From Nostoc sp. (GTDB lineage: Bacteria; Cyanobacteriota; Cyanobacteriia; Cyanobacteriales; Nostocaceae): a stretch of 62,826 nucleotides of DNA. A program made the translations under genes and the position numbers. Below the pieces are notes generated by a model. It did not search any database, had not been told where the DNA came from, and worked only from the letters and a program-made list of their open reading frames with translations. The stretch lies in the NCBI GenBank assembly GCA_036918135.1, contig JBALDB010000021.1:1-62826 (forward strand), read 5' to 3'. Shown here piece after piece: positions 21,783 to 30,152 of the stretch (its first letter is position 1; each line of letters starts with the position of its first letter).

Positions 21783-22607
21783 ATGAACCAAAAAGTAGTT
21801 TCTAGAGAATATAAACTTTTACTCCAGAAAGATTTATTTATTGGTGACGAACAACAATTATTAAAAAAATCTCAGGAGTTTTGGCACGATTTTTCACAGG
21901 CTATTAATAGTATTGTCATTGGTGTTAAGGGCAATTTAGATGAGATTGAAGATAGGCGAATTATTAGATTTTATGACACTGATGAGTATATTATCAACTC
22001 CAATAGTTACATACTGCGTGAGAGACAGGATGTAACTAATGATGAAAAAGAAGTCACTCTAAAATTTCGCCATCCAGACCGCTATATTTCTCAAGACCGC
22101 GAAATGAATACAGGAAAGCCGAAATTTGAAGAAGATATTAAAGCTCCTTTTGGAGTATTATACAGCTTCTCTGATACTCAAAAAATCTTAACAACCAAAA
22201 AACTCAATAAAATGGTAGATGCTGCCAACTTATACCCAGATTTAGTAGATAAATTAAGTTATTTTAAACAAGAGGAAAATATCAGAACTATAGGAGTTAC
22301 TATCCGTGAACTAGTAGTCAAAGGAGCGAAATTCAAAATCAGACAAGAACCCAGGCTAGACTCAAACTGTGCTTTGATTGTTTGGTATCAAAATGATGGC
22401 GATCGCAATAGTCCCGTAGCAGTTGAATTTAGCTTTAAGTACGAAGATGAAAACGAAAGATATACCAGAAAACTAGCTCAAAGAGCTTATGATGTATTCT
22501 CCAAACTGAAAAAACTAGAGCCTTGGGTAGATTTAAATTCCGATACAAAGACAGCTTATATTTATAAGTTAGATGCACTGTTAAAACAGGCTGGAACCAG
22601 GGTTTAA
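21783..22607 (+). CDS. Hypothetical protein, CYTH/triphosphate-tunnel-like
   Basis: REYK, FYDT, ILRER, VTLKFR and acidic FEEDI/VEFSFK strands resemble the CYTH pattern; AGAGGA RBS before ATG 21783. Confidence 0.55.
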   Translation: MNQKVVSREYKLLLQKDLFIGDEQQLLKKSQEFWHDFSQAINSIVIGVKGNLDEIEDRRIIRFYDTDEYIINSNSYILRERQDVTNDEKEVTLKFRHPDRYISQDREMNTGKPKFEEDIKAPFGVLYSFSDTQKILTTKKLNKMVDAANLYPDLVDKLSYFKQEENIRTIGVTIRELVVKGAKFKIRQEPRLDSNCALIVWYQNDGDRNSPVAVEFSFKYEDENERYTRKLAQRAYDVFSKLKKLEPWVDLNSDTKTAYIYKLDALLKQAGTRV

Positions 22608-22624
22608 GACTGGATGAGGGACGA

Positions 22625-23383
22625 TTATCCCCCTGCATAGTTGTGCAACTTGTCAAATACGCACGCCAAAGCACCATCAACATCAGTAACGTAATTTACT
22701 GGTGGTATGGCTGGACGATTCACCATCACAACTTTCACTTCAAGTTCTCGTGCGGCAATGATTTTGGCATAGGTTGCATTGCCACCGCTATTTTTACTAA
22801 CTATGGTATCGATGTTGTGGTGAATCAGGATTTCTCTCTCATTATTCAGGGTAAAGGGGCCGCGATCGCACAATAACATCCCCTGTGGCACTAAGGTATC
22901 AGGGGCAGGAGGGTCGATCGTTCGCATGAGAAACCAAATTTCCTTGAGGTGAGCGAAGGCAGCGAGTTCTTGCCTGCCAACAGTCAAAAATACTCGCTGT
23001 GCCTGGTTTTGCAAGACTGCTGCTGCGGCTGTAACGCTGTCAACTTCAATCCAGCGATCGTCACTTACCTTTTGCCAAGGCGGGCGAATTAACATCAGAT
23101 GGGGTACTCCCACTTTGGTTGCAGCACTTACCGCGTTCCAGGAAATCTGGGAAGCAAAAGGATGAGTTGCATCAATTAGCAAGTCGATTTGCATTACTTC
23201 CAAATAACTAGCCAATCCAGCCACACCACCGAAGCCGCCAACCCGCAAATCGCCCAAAGGGACTAATGGCTCACGCGTACGACCAGCTAGAGATGTGATT
23301 GCTTCTACCCCTTCGATAGTTGCTAGTCTTGCAGCTAGTTCTGCTGCATCTCCCGTCCCACCCAAAATCAAAATGCGGATCAT
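22625..23383 (-). CDS. cobK: Precorrin-6A/cobalt-precorrin-6A reductase
   Basis: ILILGGT, GGFGG, IDATHPFA, RGPF and SKNSGG; ATG overlaps the upstream TGA (ATGA). Confidence 0.95.
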   Translation of the reverse strand: MIRILILGGTGDAAELAARLATIEGVEAITSLAGRTREPLVPLGDLRVGGFGGVAGLASYLEVMQIDLLIDATHPFASQISWNAVSAATKVGVPHLMLIRPPWQKVSDDRWIEVDSVTAAAAVLQNQAQRVFLTVGRQELAAFAHLKEIWFLMRTIDPPAPDTLVPQGMLLCDRGPFTLNNEREILIHHNIDTIVSKNSGGNATYAKIIAARELEVKVVMVNRPAIPPVNYVTDVDGALACVFDKLHNYAGG

Positions 23384-23793
23384 AGAGGTGGAATTTTTGC
23401 CAAAATGCCCTTTTTCAAAGCTTCTGGACGCTGTGACCAAGGCAGTAAACCATCTGGTTTAGCATAGTATTGACTAGCACATTCCAGTACCGCAGATGCA
23501 CTGCCATCAACGGTTAGATCCCCAAATAAATATGTTAATTTGCCTTTGGCAGCAAAGGCAACCACACACGAACGATTACAAGCACTCATGCATTCGACTT
23601 CTTGAATTGGGAATTCGTCTCGCAAGTCCCAATCTTGTGCCAGGTATTGAAGTTGTTGTAATAATTGTTCGCCACCACTTTCACCTAAGCGTTTTCCATC
23701 TTGCCAAACGCTGGCACAAGTTTTGCAAACAAATAAAGTGTGGTCAGGAACACCACAGCGATTAGTTGTCGAAATATTTGCAGTCGCAGTCAT
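23380..23793 (-). CDS. DUF1636 family metal-binding protein (cobalamin associated)
   Basis: FVCKTC, ECMSACNRSC, YLFGDL and RPEALKKGILAKIPP; ATG 23793, since the longer start lies inside the riboswitch. Confidence 0.88.
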   Translation of the reverse strand: MTATANISTTNRCGVPDHTLFVCKTCASVWQDGKRLGESGGEQLLQQLQYLAQDWDLRDEFPIQEVECMSACNRSCVVAFAAKGKLTYLFGDLTVDGSASAVLECASQYYAKPDGLLPWSQRPEALKKGILAKIPPL

Positions 23794-23829
23794 CCCTACC
23801 TCGCACAAATGTGGAACTGATAAATCTAC

Positions 23830-23985
23830 TTCAGTGGGCATCCTGATTCACTCAATTAGGAATTTTAGATTACTGAGACAAGCTAATCTCGAATCTCAAA
23901 TTAGTTCACAGTTGTTCCCAAGCGCCAGATTATATAACGAATTTTCCCCGTTACCTCTGGTAGCTAACCCCCACTAAAACTGAAT
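23830..23985 (-). promoter_or_regulatory. Cobalamin riboswitch, degenerate
   Basis: Minus strand AGAGGTAACGGGGAAA...GGCGCT...CAACTGTG...TCAGGATGCCC upstream of DUF1636-cobK. Confidence 0.75.
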
Positions 23986-24096
23986 AATTTTAACATCGTA
24001 CACTAAGGTCTAATAGTACTAAATTAAGCTAGATTTACACCTTGTATCTTGTTTTTTGTGAAAAGTATGTGTTAATATTGTTCATTGTGTGGTTAA

Positions 24097-24170
<74 letters not shown>

Positions 24171-24177
24171 TTTTTGT

Positions 24178-24290
24178 TGTACAGTGACTAATTATTTGTC
24201 GTCGGTAACAAATTATTGTCGTTGGGACTAATTATCTGTCATCGGGACAAATTGATGTCCTTAAACTACTGTGACAAATTAATGTCATTT
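24178..24290 (+). mobile_element. Left end of a type V-K CAST (Tn7-like) with five TnsB-type sites
   Basis: TGTACAGTGACTAATTATTTGTC terminus; repeated GAC/AAC-AATT-TGTC sites ending at 24200, 24220, 24240, 24259 and 24286. Confidence 0.9.
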
Positions 24291-24312
24291 ATTTACAGAG
24301 ACTATAGCGATA

Positions 24313-24341
24313 ATGTCAACGTAGCGCTCTGTTTCAACCCT
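24313..24341 (-). CRISPR. Delocalised homing (anchor) crRNA: truncated repeat plus 18-nt tRNA-Val spacer
   Basis: Minus strand AGGGTTGAAAC-AGAGCGCTACGTTGACAT; spacer identical to tRNA 24118-24135, which follows GTT. Confidence 0.9.
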
Positions 24342-24355
24342 CGCTAATAAAAATT

Positions 24356-24443
24356 ATGATAACCCACCCAGTAGCTGGAGGGTTATTGCGACTTCATAAT
24401 TTACTACTGAAAAGTTTTGCTTAATTTTTTCAACCCACCCAGT
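24356..24443 (-). CRISPR. Residual type V-K CRISPR array: degenerate terminal repeat, one 34-nt spacer, truncated repeat
   Basis: Repeat GTCGCAATAACCCTCCAGCTACTGGGTGGGTTatcat (24392-24356); spacer 24393-24426; partial ACTGGGTGGGTTGAAAA (24443-24427). Confidence 0.8.
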
Positions 24444-24467
24444 TGTACAGTGACTAATTATTTGTCG
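24444..24467 (+). mobile_element. Second, truncated CAST terminus in direct orientation
   Basis: 24 bp identical to 24178-24201 (TGTACAGTGACTAATTATTTGTCG). Confidence 0.85.
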
Positions 24468-24527
24468 CTATACAACAGCAGTTTTCATTTGCATGAAGTA
24501 CATAGTTAGGGGTTTTGAGGCAGAAGG

Positions 24528-24609
24528 CAGGATAGCGGAGTGTTAGCGAGTCCGCGTACTCTTACAGAGAAGCAAGCTACGCGCAGCGTCTCGTAGAGAG
24601 CGTCGACAG
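24528..24609 (-). repeat. Composite small dispersed repeat (copies at 30341-30430 and 32576-32665)
   Basis: CGACGCTCTCTACGAGACGCTGCGCGTA(A/G)CTTGCTTCTCTGTAAGAGTACGCGGAC shared among three loci. Confidence 0.85.
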
Positions 24610-24680
24610 AAAGCAGGAGGCAGGAGGCAGGAGACAGGGGGAAATATTATTGCTTCGACCTTTGAACTCGGAAGTTGAGC

Positions 24681-24869
24681 CTTTTTGCTTGAACGTTAAG
24701 CCTTTTTGCTTGAACCTTAAGTCTTTTTGCTTGAACCTTAAGCCTTTTTGCTTGAACCTTAAGTCTTTTTGCTTGAACCTTAAGTCTTTTTGCTTGAACC
24801 TTAAGTCTTTTTGCTTGAACCTTAAGCCTTTTTGCTTGAACCTTAAGCCTTTTTGCTTGAACGTTGAGC
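24681..24869. repeat. 21-bp tandem repeat, 9 copies plus degenerate flanks
   Basis: Unit CTTTTTGCTTGAACCTTAAG(C/T), no spacers; minus frame reads (FKQK(G/D)LR)n. Confidence 0.95.
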
Positions 24870-24959
24870 CTTTGAACTCAAACGTTGAGCTTCTGAACTC
24901 CAAACTTTAGCACTCGTAACCCAGCAGTCAAAAGTTAACACTCAACATTATTTTCAAGT

Positions 24960-25751
24960 TTAGAGATTCATGGCGATCGCTTCTACATCTTCTACAGTCA
25001 ATGCCAAAGCGTCAGCTACTTGTTCTCGGTTTAATCCCATACTCAATAGTCGAGGTACTGCTTGTTGTAAGCGTTGTTGTGCTGCTTGAGCTTGTTGTTG
25101 TGCTGCTTGAGCTTGTTGTTGTGCTGCTTGGGCTTGTTGTTGTGCTGCTTGGGCTTGTTGTTGTGCTGCTTGGGACTGTGCCATTAATTCCCCAAATGTC
25201 ATAAAAGGCTGACCATTTGGGTAAGAAAGTTGCCAGTGTTCGCCAGAGACATCAAAACCAATTTGCAGCCGTGGACTAACCCATTTTTCACCAAAATCTA
25301 CCCAGTCTAAACCATATTCACCGCGTAACCAAACTTGTAGTTCATTATTTGTGAGATTGTACATATAATATTCCTCTACACCATATTGACTGTAGAACAG
25401 CAACTTCCGAGCCATTTCTACTGATGTGTTGACTGGCGAGAGGATTTCAAACACTACTTGGGGTGGTTGGTTTGCTTCTTCCCACTGTTTATAAGAAGAA
25501 CGCCGACCTTTTGGACGACCAACAGCAACCATTACATCGGGTGCATATTTAATCTTATTATTGCCTTCAATGGGATACCAAAATAAGTCACCTGCGATGA
25601 AAATATTTGGTTCATTTCCAAAGAGAATATCTAAATTACCTTTAATCAGCACAATAACTTCAAAGTGTTCTGTATTATTTGCCATCGGCTGATCGTCAGA
25701 TTCGGGGTAGAAAATCTCCGCAGGTGCAGAAGATTCGATTTGGGAAACCAT
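24960..25751 (-). CDS. Uma2 family (DUF820) endonuclease-like protein with QQQAQAA repeats
   Basis: YPESD..PMA, APDVMV, VVFEILSP and YGVEEYY motifs; ATG 25751. Confidence 0.92.
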   Translation of the reverse strand: MVSQIESSAPAEIFYPESDDQPMANNTEHFEVIVLIKGNLDILFGNEPNIFIAGDLFWYPIEGNNKIKYAPDVMVAVGRPKGRRSSYKQWEEANQPPQVVFEILSPVNTSVEMARKLLFYSQYGVEEYYMYNLTNNELQVWLRGEYGLDWVDFGEKWVSPRLQIGFDVSGEHWQLSYPNGQPFMTFGELMAQSQAAQQQAQAAQQQAQAAQQQAQAAQQQAQAAQQRLQQAVPRLLSMGLNREQVADALALTVEDVEAIAMNL

Positions 25752-25852
25752 CGCTATCACCTCCACTCGTGTTTTTATTTTAGGCGATCGCTTCACTGCA
25801 ATCTTAGTTTGTGAGTTTTATCACTAATGAAAACTGCTGTAGGTCTTCCAAC

Positions 25853-26431
25853 TTACTCAATTCCAGCGATCGCCTGTTGAATCAAAGTTTTTGCAAATGC
25901 TGCTGTTAAAGGTCTGTGCTTGAGCATTAAGCGATACCACATTGCACCGTATAACATGTCTATTACACATTGAAGATCGCAATTTGATCGTAGCTCTCCT
26001 CGTTCGACTCCCCGCTCTAGAATTTCAAGAACTATCGCTTGACGACTTGAAATAAATTTTTCTTGAAAAGTTTGGGCAAGTTGGCGATCGCTTTGAGCTT
26101 CAGACATAATGCCTGCCATAGCGGTTCCTGCGGGTGTAGTAGTCAATACCGCGAAAAGTTGAGCGAACAATCTTTCTAAGTCTGTTTGAACTGCCCCTGT
26201 ATCTGGTATTAAAATTTCTCTAGTGGAATATGCGGTGTAAGCCTCCATCACAACCTCTGCTTTAGAAGTCCACCAACGGTAAATTGTTTTTTTACTTACT
26301 CCAGCCCGACGTGCGATCGCTTCAATACTCATGTGGGCATAACCTTCTTCTTCTAGCAACGCGATGGTTGCATTCAGGATTGCTTGATGAGATAGCTCGT
26401 TTCGACGTTTGGGATTGGGTGCTTGAGTCAT
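25853..26431 (-). CDS. TetR/AcrR family transcriptional regulator
   Basis: SIEAIARRAGVSKKTIYRWW HTH; divergent from SDR. Confidence 0.95.
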   Translation of the reverse strand: MTQAPNPKRRNELSHQAILNATIALLEEEGYAHMSIEAIARRAGVSKKTIYRWWTSKAEVVMEAYTAYSTREILIPDTGAVQTDLERLFAQLFAVLTTTPAGTAMAGIMSEAQSDRQLAQTFQEKFISSRQAIVLEILERGVERGELRSNCDLQCVIDMLYGAMWYRLMLKHRPLTAAFAKTLIQQAIAGIE

Positions 26432-26470
26432 GAGTCAGCAATGAAAAGCAGATGAATAGTACAAGGATAT

Positions 26471-26523
26471 ACGATACGAGCCGTTTACTAGAACTTGACG
26501 ACACGATACGAGTCGTTTATGAT
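26471..26523 (+). promoter_or_regulatory. Sigma70-type promoter of SDR gene with two putative TetR operators
   Basis: TTGACG (26495)-17 bp-TATGAT (26518); direct repeats ACGATACGAG(C/T)CGTTTA at 26471 and 26503. Confidence 0.7.
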
Positions 26524-26554
26524 AAAAGTAATTTGATTACAGGAGGTTTTCACC

Positions 26555-27265
26555 GTGAGTGAAACTGTGATTATTATTGGTGCAACATCTGGAATGGGGC
26601 TGGCGACTGCACAGTTGCTAAGTAGTGAAGGTTATCGCATTATCATATCGGGTCGTTCTCAAGACACGATTGACAAAGCACTCTCTCAACTAACTGGCGA
26701 CTGCACGGGGTTTGTGCTTGATTTCACAGACCCTACCTCAGTCAATCACTTCTTTGTTCAAGCAGGAAGACATGACCATTTAGTTTTAGTAGGTAGTGGA
26801 CAAGCGGCATGGGGTAATTTTCGTGACCTTCAGTTACAAGACCTCAAAACCGCGTTTGACCAAAAGTTTTATGGATTTTTCCTTTGCGCTCAAGCTGCAC
26901 TTGGCACAATTGGTTCTCACGGCTCGATGACGTTTGTGATTGGTGGTGCGAGTCGTTCTGCAATCGCAGGTACAACCGGAGTTGCTGCGGTAAACGGCGC
27001 AATTCAATCAATGGCTTTCACAATGGCCAAAGAGCTTGCACCTTTGCGCGTAAATCTTCTCTCACCAGGACTTGTTGATACTCCTGCTTATAACTGGATG
27101 ACACCTGAAGAAAAAGTAGGTTTCTTCAAAAAAATGGGAGGAGAATTACCTGTTGGAAGAGTTGGAAGCCCAGACGAGATTGCTCAAGCGATCGCTTTTT
27201 TGATTAAGAATGGCTTTACAACCGGAGCTATCTTGGATGTAGATGGTGGAGGGCGGTTGCATTAA
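26555..27265 (+). CDS. Short-chain dehydrogenase/reductase (atypical, lacks YxxxK)
   Basis: IGATSGMG, ELAPLRVNLLSPG and LDVDGG; AGGAGG RBS, GTG start. Confidence 0.9.
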   Translation: MSETVIIIGATSGMGLATAQLLSSEGYRIIISGRSQDTIDKALSQLTGDCTGFVLDFTDPTSVNHFFVQAGRHDHLVLVGSGQAAWGNFRDLQLQDLKTAFDQKFYGFFLCAQAALGTIGSHGSMTFVIGGASRSAIAGTTGVAAVNGAIQSMAFTMAKELAPLRVNLLSPGLVDTPAYNWMTPEEKVGFFKKMGGELPVGRVGSPDEIAQAIAFLIKNGFTTGAILDVDGGGRLH

Positions 27266-27497
27266 AGGGCGGTATAACAAATTGCTAAACTGGATAAACT
27301 TTTGAAGCGTTATTGATTTCTACCCTGATTCTACTGCTAGTTTTACTTGTTAAGCTTTGTGCCTTAATTCTTACCAACTTTTTACTTACTATTGTTGTCT
27401 CTATCTGCCTACTTGGGTGCGGTATGGTGGTTGATATCCGTGTAGTAGAGTGATATTATTACAAACGAATCAAAACAACATCAACGAGAGAAAAAAC

Positions 27498-27710
27498 ATG
27501 GCAAATCTAGGGAATGTGCAGGGTGCTTTTGAAACTGCTGGGAATTTTTCAAATCTAAACGAGAGGATTTCCAAATTGGAGGAAAAGAATAAAGAGTTGG
27601 AGCAGAGGATTTCGGTATTGGAAAAAACTAAAAAGCCAGAGCCAGCAGCACCTAGTGCAGATGCCGGACTCGGTAATGTGGGATATAGCAAGAGCGATGT
27701 CGGATTTTAG
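27498..27710 (+). CDS. Small coiled-coil hypothetical protein
   Basis: 70 aa; heptad segment ISKLEEKNKELEQRISVLEK. Confidence 0.55.
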   Translation: MANLGNVQGAFETAGNFSNLNERISKLEEKNKELEQRISVLEKTKKPEPAAPSADAGLGNVGYSKSDVGF

Positions 27711-27789
27711 AGCAGGGATATGGCACGATCGGTCAAGAGCGAAAGACACTATTATACCTAAGAGTGCCCATCAAATGCACATAGCTTTG

Positions 27790-28170
27790 TTAGCTTGCAC
27801 AAACTTCTCTATCACAACTGCCACTTCCGGGTGACTCAATACCTGGCACTGCTCCTGTAAGTGTCAACTGACCAGGTGAGCGAAAGTGTGTATACTTATT
27901 CTGGCTAATTTTATGACCAGCCAGCAGGTGACTATCCCAGTTTGAGTTGCTGGGTAATTTTGCTTTCGGTTTATGTCGTTGACAAAAACCCTGGTACTTT
28001 TTGGCACATTCATCCATGTTTTACCTAGTTTGAGAAAAGCTGGATGCCATTGAGTCAGTCCATCTATTAGTCAATTTGTTGTAACTGCCAGAGTTACTGA
28101 AATCATAGAAAAAACTACGTCGCATTTGGGCGGATCTAGGATTGCCATGAATATAGCGAAGCGAATGATG
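27790..28170 (-). pseudogene. Frameshifted C-terminal relic of REP-associated/IS200-like tyrosine transposase (RAYT)
   Basis: Minus-strand pieces LRYIHGNP...FFYDFSN / DGLTQWHPAFLKLGKT / DECAKKYQGFC in different frames. Confidence 0.72.
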
Positions 28171-28211
28171 GCCGATCTTTTATTCTATGGCGCTTCTTTT
28201 CTATCTTGCAT

Positions 28212-28555
28212 TCAAAACCTTAAAATTTCTCGCTCATATCCATCTGGTGTTGGTTCAACTTCCCACACCAAACTCTCTCCTGGCTCTAACTCTACATCAA
28301 CATAAAGGGCGTTGCTGAGTCAGGGGATGATTTCCCACAGTTTATAACGATTTTTCAATGGTTTCAACTGCTAATTCATCCGGCATTTATGCAGCGCCAT
28401 ATAAGGCTGAGATATTGCTTCTGTTGCTGTATCCTCATTATTAATAAAAGGTTGCAAATCTTCGGTTAATAGTCTGAGTTTAAATCCCACGGGAATCATT
28501 GCATCTAGATTCGCATTTGGCAACTCAAAGCGCCATACATTCTCTATAAAATTAT
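28212..28555 (-). pseudogene. C-terminal fragment of DUF1822-like protein, interrupted by a 91-bp element
   Basis: WRFEL...IPVGFKLRLLTEDLQPF.NNED then LYVDVELEPGESLVWEVEPTPDGYEREILRF*. Confidence 0.7.
28308..28398. mobile_element. MITE-like insertion with imperfect TIRs
   Basis: Ends GGCGTTGC..GGATGA / GGCGCTGC..GGATGA (rc); flanks ACATAAAG and ATATAAGG (6/8 possible TSD). Confidence 0.6.
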
Positions 28556-28742
28556 AGCCATAGTCACATAGGTTAGGACATAAGGATGGGGTGAATGCTA
28601 GAGTTAGCAATAGTTCTGCCTTCTGCCTCCTGCCTCCTGCCTCCTGCCTCCTGCTTCCTGCTTCCTGCCTTCTGCCTTCTGCCTCCTGCCTCCTGCCTCA
28701 AAACCTGTGATTTTGTACTTCATGTAAACGAAAACTGCTGTA
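28555..28742. repeat. Composite repeat with (CTGCCTC)n heptamers; related to 30265-30340, 45493-45591 and 24475-24530
   Basis: TAGGACATAAGGATGGGGTGAATGCTAGAGTTAGCAATAG also at about 30283; right part is an inverted copy of 24475-24530. Confidence 0.8.
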
Positions 28743-28925
28743 AAGTTCCTTTGGGAATTTTTTAAAAGCTGATGGTAGTCACACTGGAGGTACAGAAAGC
28801 AGAGTAAAAAAGAGTTTTAGGATTTTTGCACAGATGCTTAAAGTCAAGGAATTTTGAAAAGGCAAATCTGGGTAGAGATTCTGGGATATCCTTAAATAAG
28901 TGAAAGATTTGCCAAAAAAGTAAGA

Positions 28926-30092
28926 ATGAAGCTGGCAGCAAGAGTAAGTCAGGTAACACCTTCATTAACCTTAGCGATCGCAGCCAAGGCTAAGGCACTG
29001 AAGGCAGAGGGTATAGATGTTTGTAGTTTTAGCGCTGGCGAACCAGATTTTGATACCCCAGCGCATATCAAAGCCGCAGCAGCAAAAGCTTTGGATGAAG
29101 GCAAAACCAAGTATGGTGCAGCAGCCGGAGAACCAAAGTTAAGGGAAGCGATCGCCCGTAAGCTTAAAACTGATAACGGTCTTGATTATAAGTCAGAGAA
29201 TGTGATCGTCACCAATGGCGGTAAACATTCTCTGTACAATTTAATAGTGGCGTTAATCGATCCAGGTGATGAGGTGATTATCCCTGCGCCCTACTGGCTA
29301 AGTTATCCAGAAATGGTAACCTTGGCTGGTGGAGTTTCGATAATTGTCCGCACAGATGCAACCACAGGCTATAAAATTACTCCCGAACAACTCCGTAAAG
29401 CTATCACACCCAAGACAAAGTTATTTGTCCTCAACTCCCCATCTAATCCCACAGGGATGGTTTACACGCCAGATGAAATTAAAGCATTGGCAGAGGTAAT
29501 AGTTGATGCAGATATCCTTGTCGTCTCAGATGAGATTTACGAAAAGATTCTCTACGACGGTGCAGAACATATCAGCATCGGTTCTCTCGGAAAGGAAATT
29601 TTTGACCGGACTTTAATCAGTAATGGGTTTGCCAAAGCTTACTCGATGACTGGGTGGAGACTTGGCTATTTAGCCGGGCCAGTGGAAATTATTAAAGCTA
29701 CGAGTTCCATCCAAGGACATAGTACATCTAACGTCTGTACCTTTGCTCAATATGGAGCGATCGCCGCGCTAGAAAGTCCCCAAGACTGTGTTGAAGAAAT
29801 GCGTCAAGCCTTTGCCAAACGCCGACAGGTAATGTTAGACAGACTCAACGCTATTCCCGGACTGAGTACCGCTAAACCAGATGGCGCTTTTTATCTGTTC
29901 CCTGATATCAGCAAAACCAATTTGAAATCTTTGGAATTTTGCGACGCCTTGCTAGAAGAACATCAAGTTGCAGTTATTCCCGGAATTGCTTTTGGTGCTG
30001 ATGACAACATTCGCCTGTCCTACGCCACAGATTTGGCAACGATTGAAAAAGGGATGGATAGGTTAGAGAAATTTGTCAAGTCGCGTATTTAG
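28926..30092 (+). CDS. aspC: Aspartate aminotransferase (class I PLP)
   Basis: [24 protein letters not shown] and [14 protein letters not shown]. Confidence 0.9.
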   Translation: MKLAARVSQVTPSLTLAIAAKAKALKAEGIDVCSFSAGEPDFDTPAHIKAAAAKALDEGKTKYGAAAGEPKLREAIARKLKTDNGLDYKSENVIVTNGGKHSLYNLIVALIDPGDEVIIPAPYWLSYPEMVTLAGGVSIIVRTDATTGYKITPEQLRKAITPKTKLFVLNSPSNPTGMVYTPDEIKALAEVIVDADILVVSDEIYEKILYDGAEHISIGSLGKEIFDRTLISNGFAKAYSMTGWRLGYLAGPVEIIKATSSIQGHSTSNVCTFAQYGAIAALESPQDCVEEMRQAFAKRRQVMLDRLNAIPGLSTAKPDGAFYLFPDISKTNLKSLEFCDALLEEHQVAVIPGIAFGADDNIRLSYATDLATIEKGMDRLEKFVKSRI

Positions 30093-30122
30093 TCATTTGT
30101 CATTTGATTTAGCAATCATCAT

Positions 30123-30152
30123 GCCCTCTTTTAACAGGAGGGCTTTTCTTTA
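30123..30152 (+). terminator. Intrinsic terminator after aspC
   Basis: GCCCTC-loop-GAGGGC followed by TTTTCTTT. Confidence 0.65.

Noticed and set aside
24681..24869. Possible CRISPR array next to the CAST end
   Set aside because: Units are contiguous 21-mers with no unique spacers; this is a tandem repeat.
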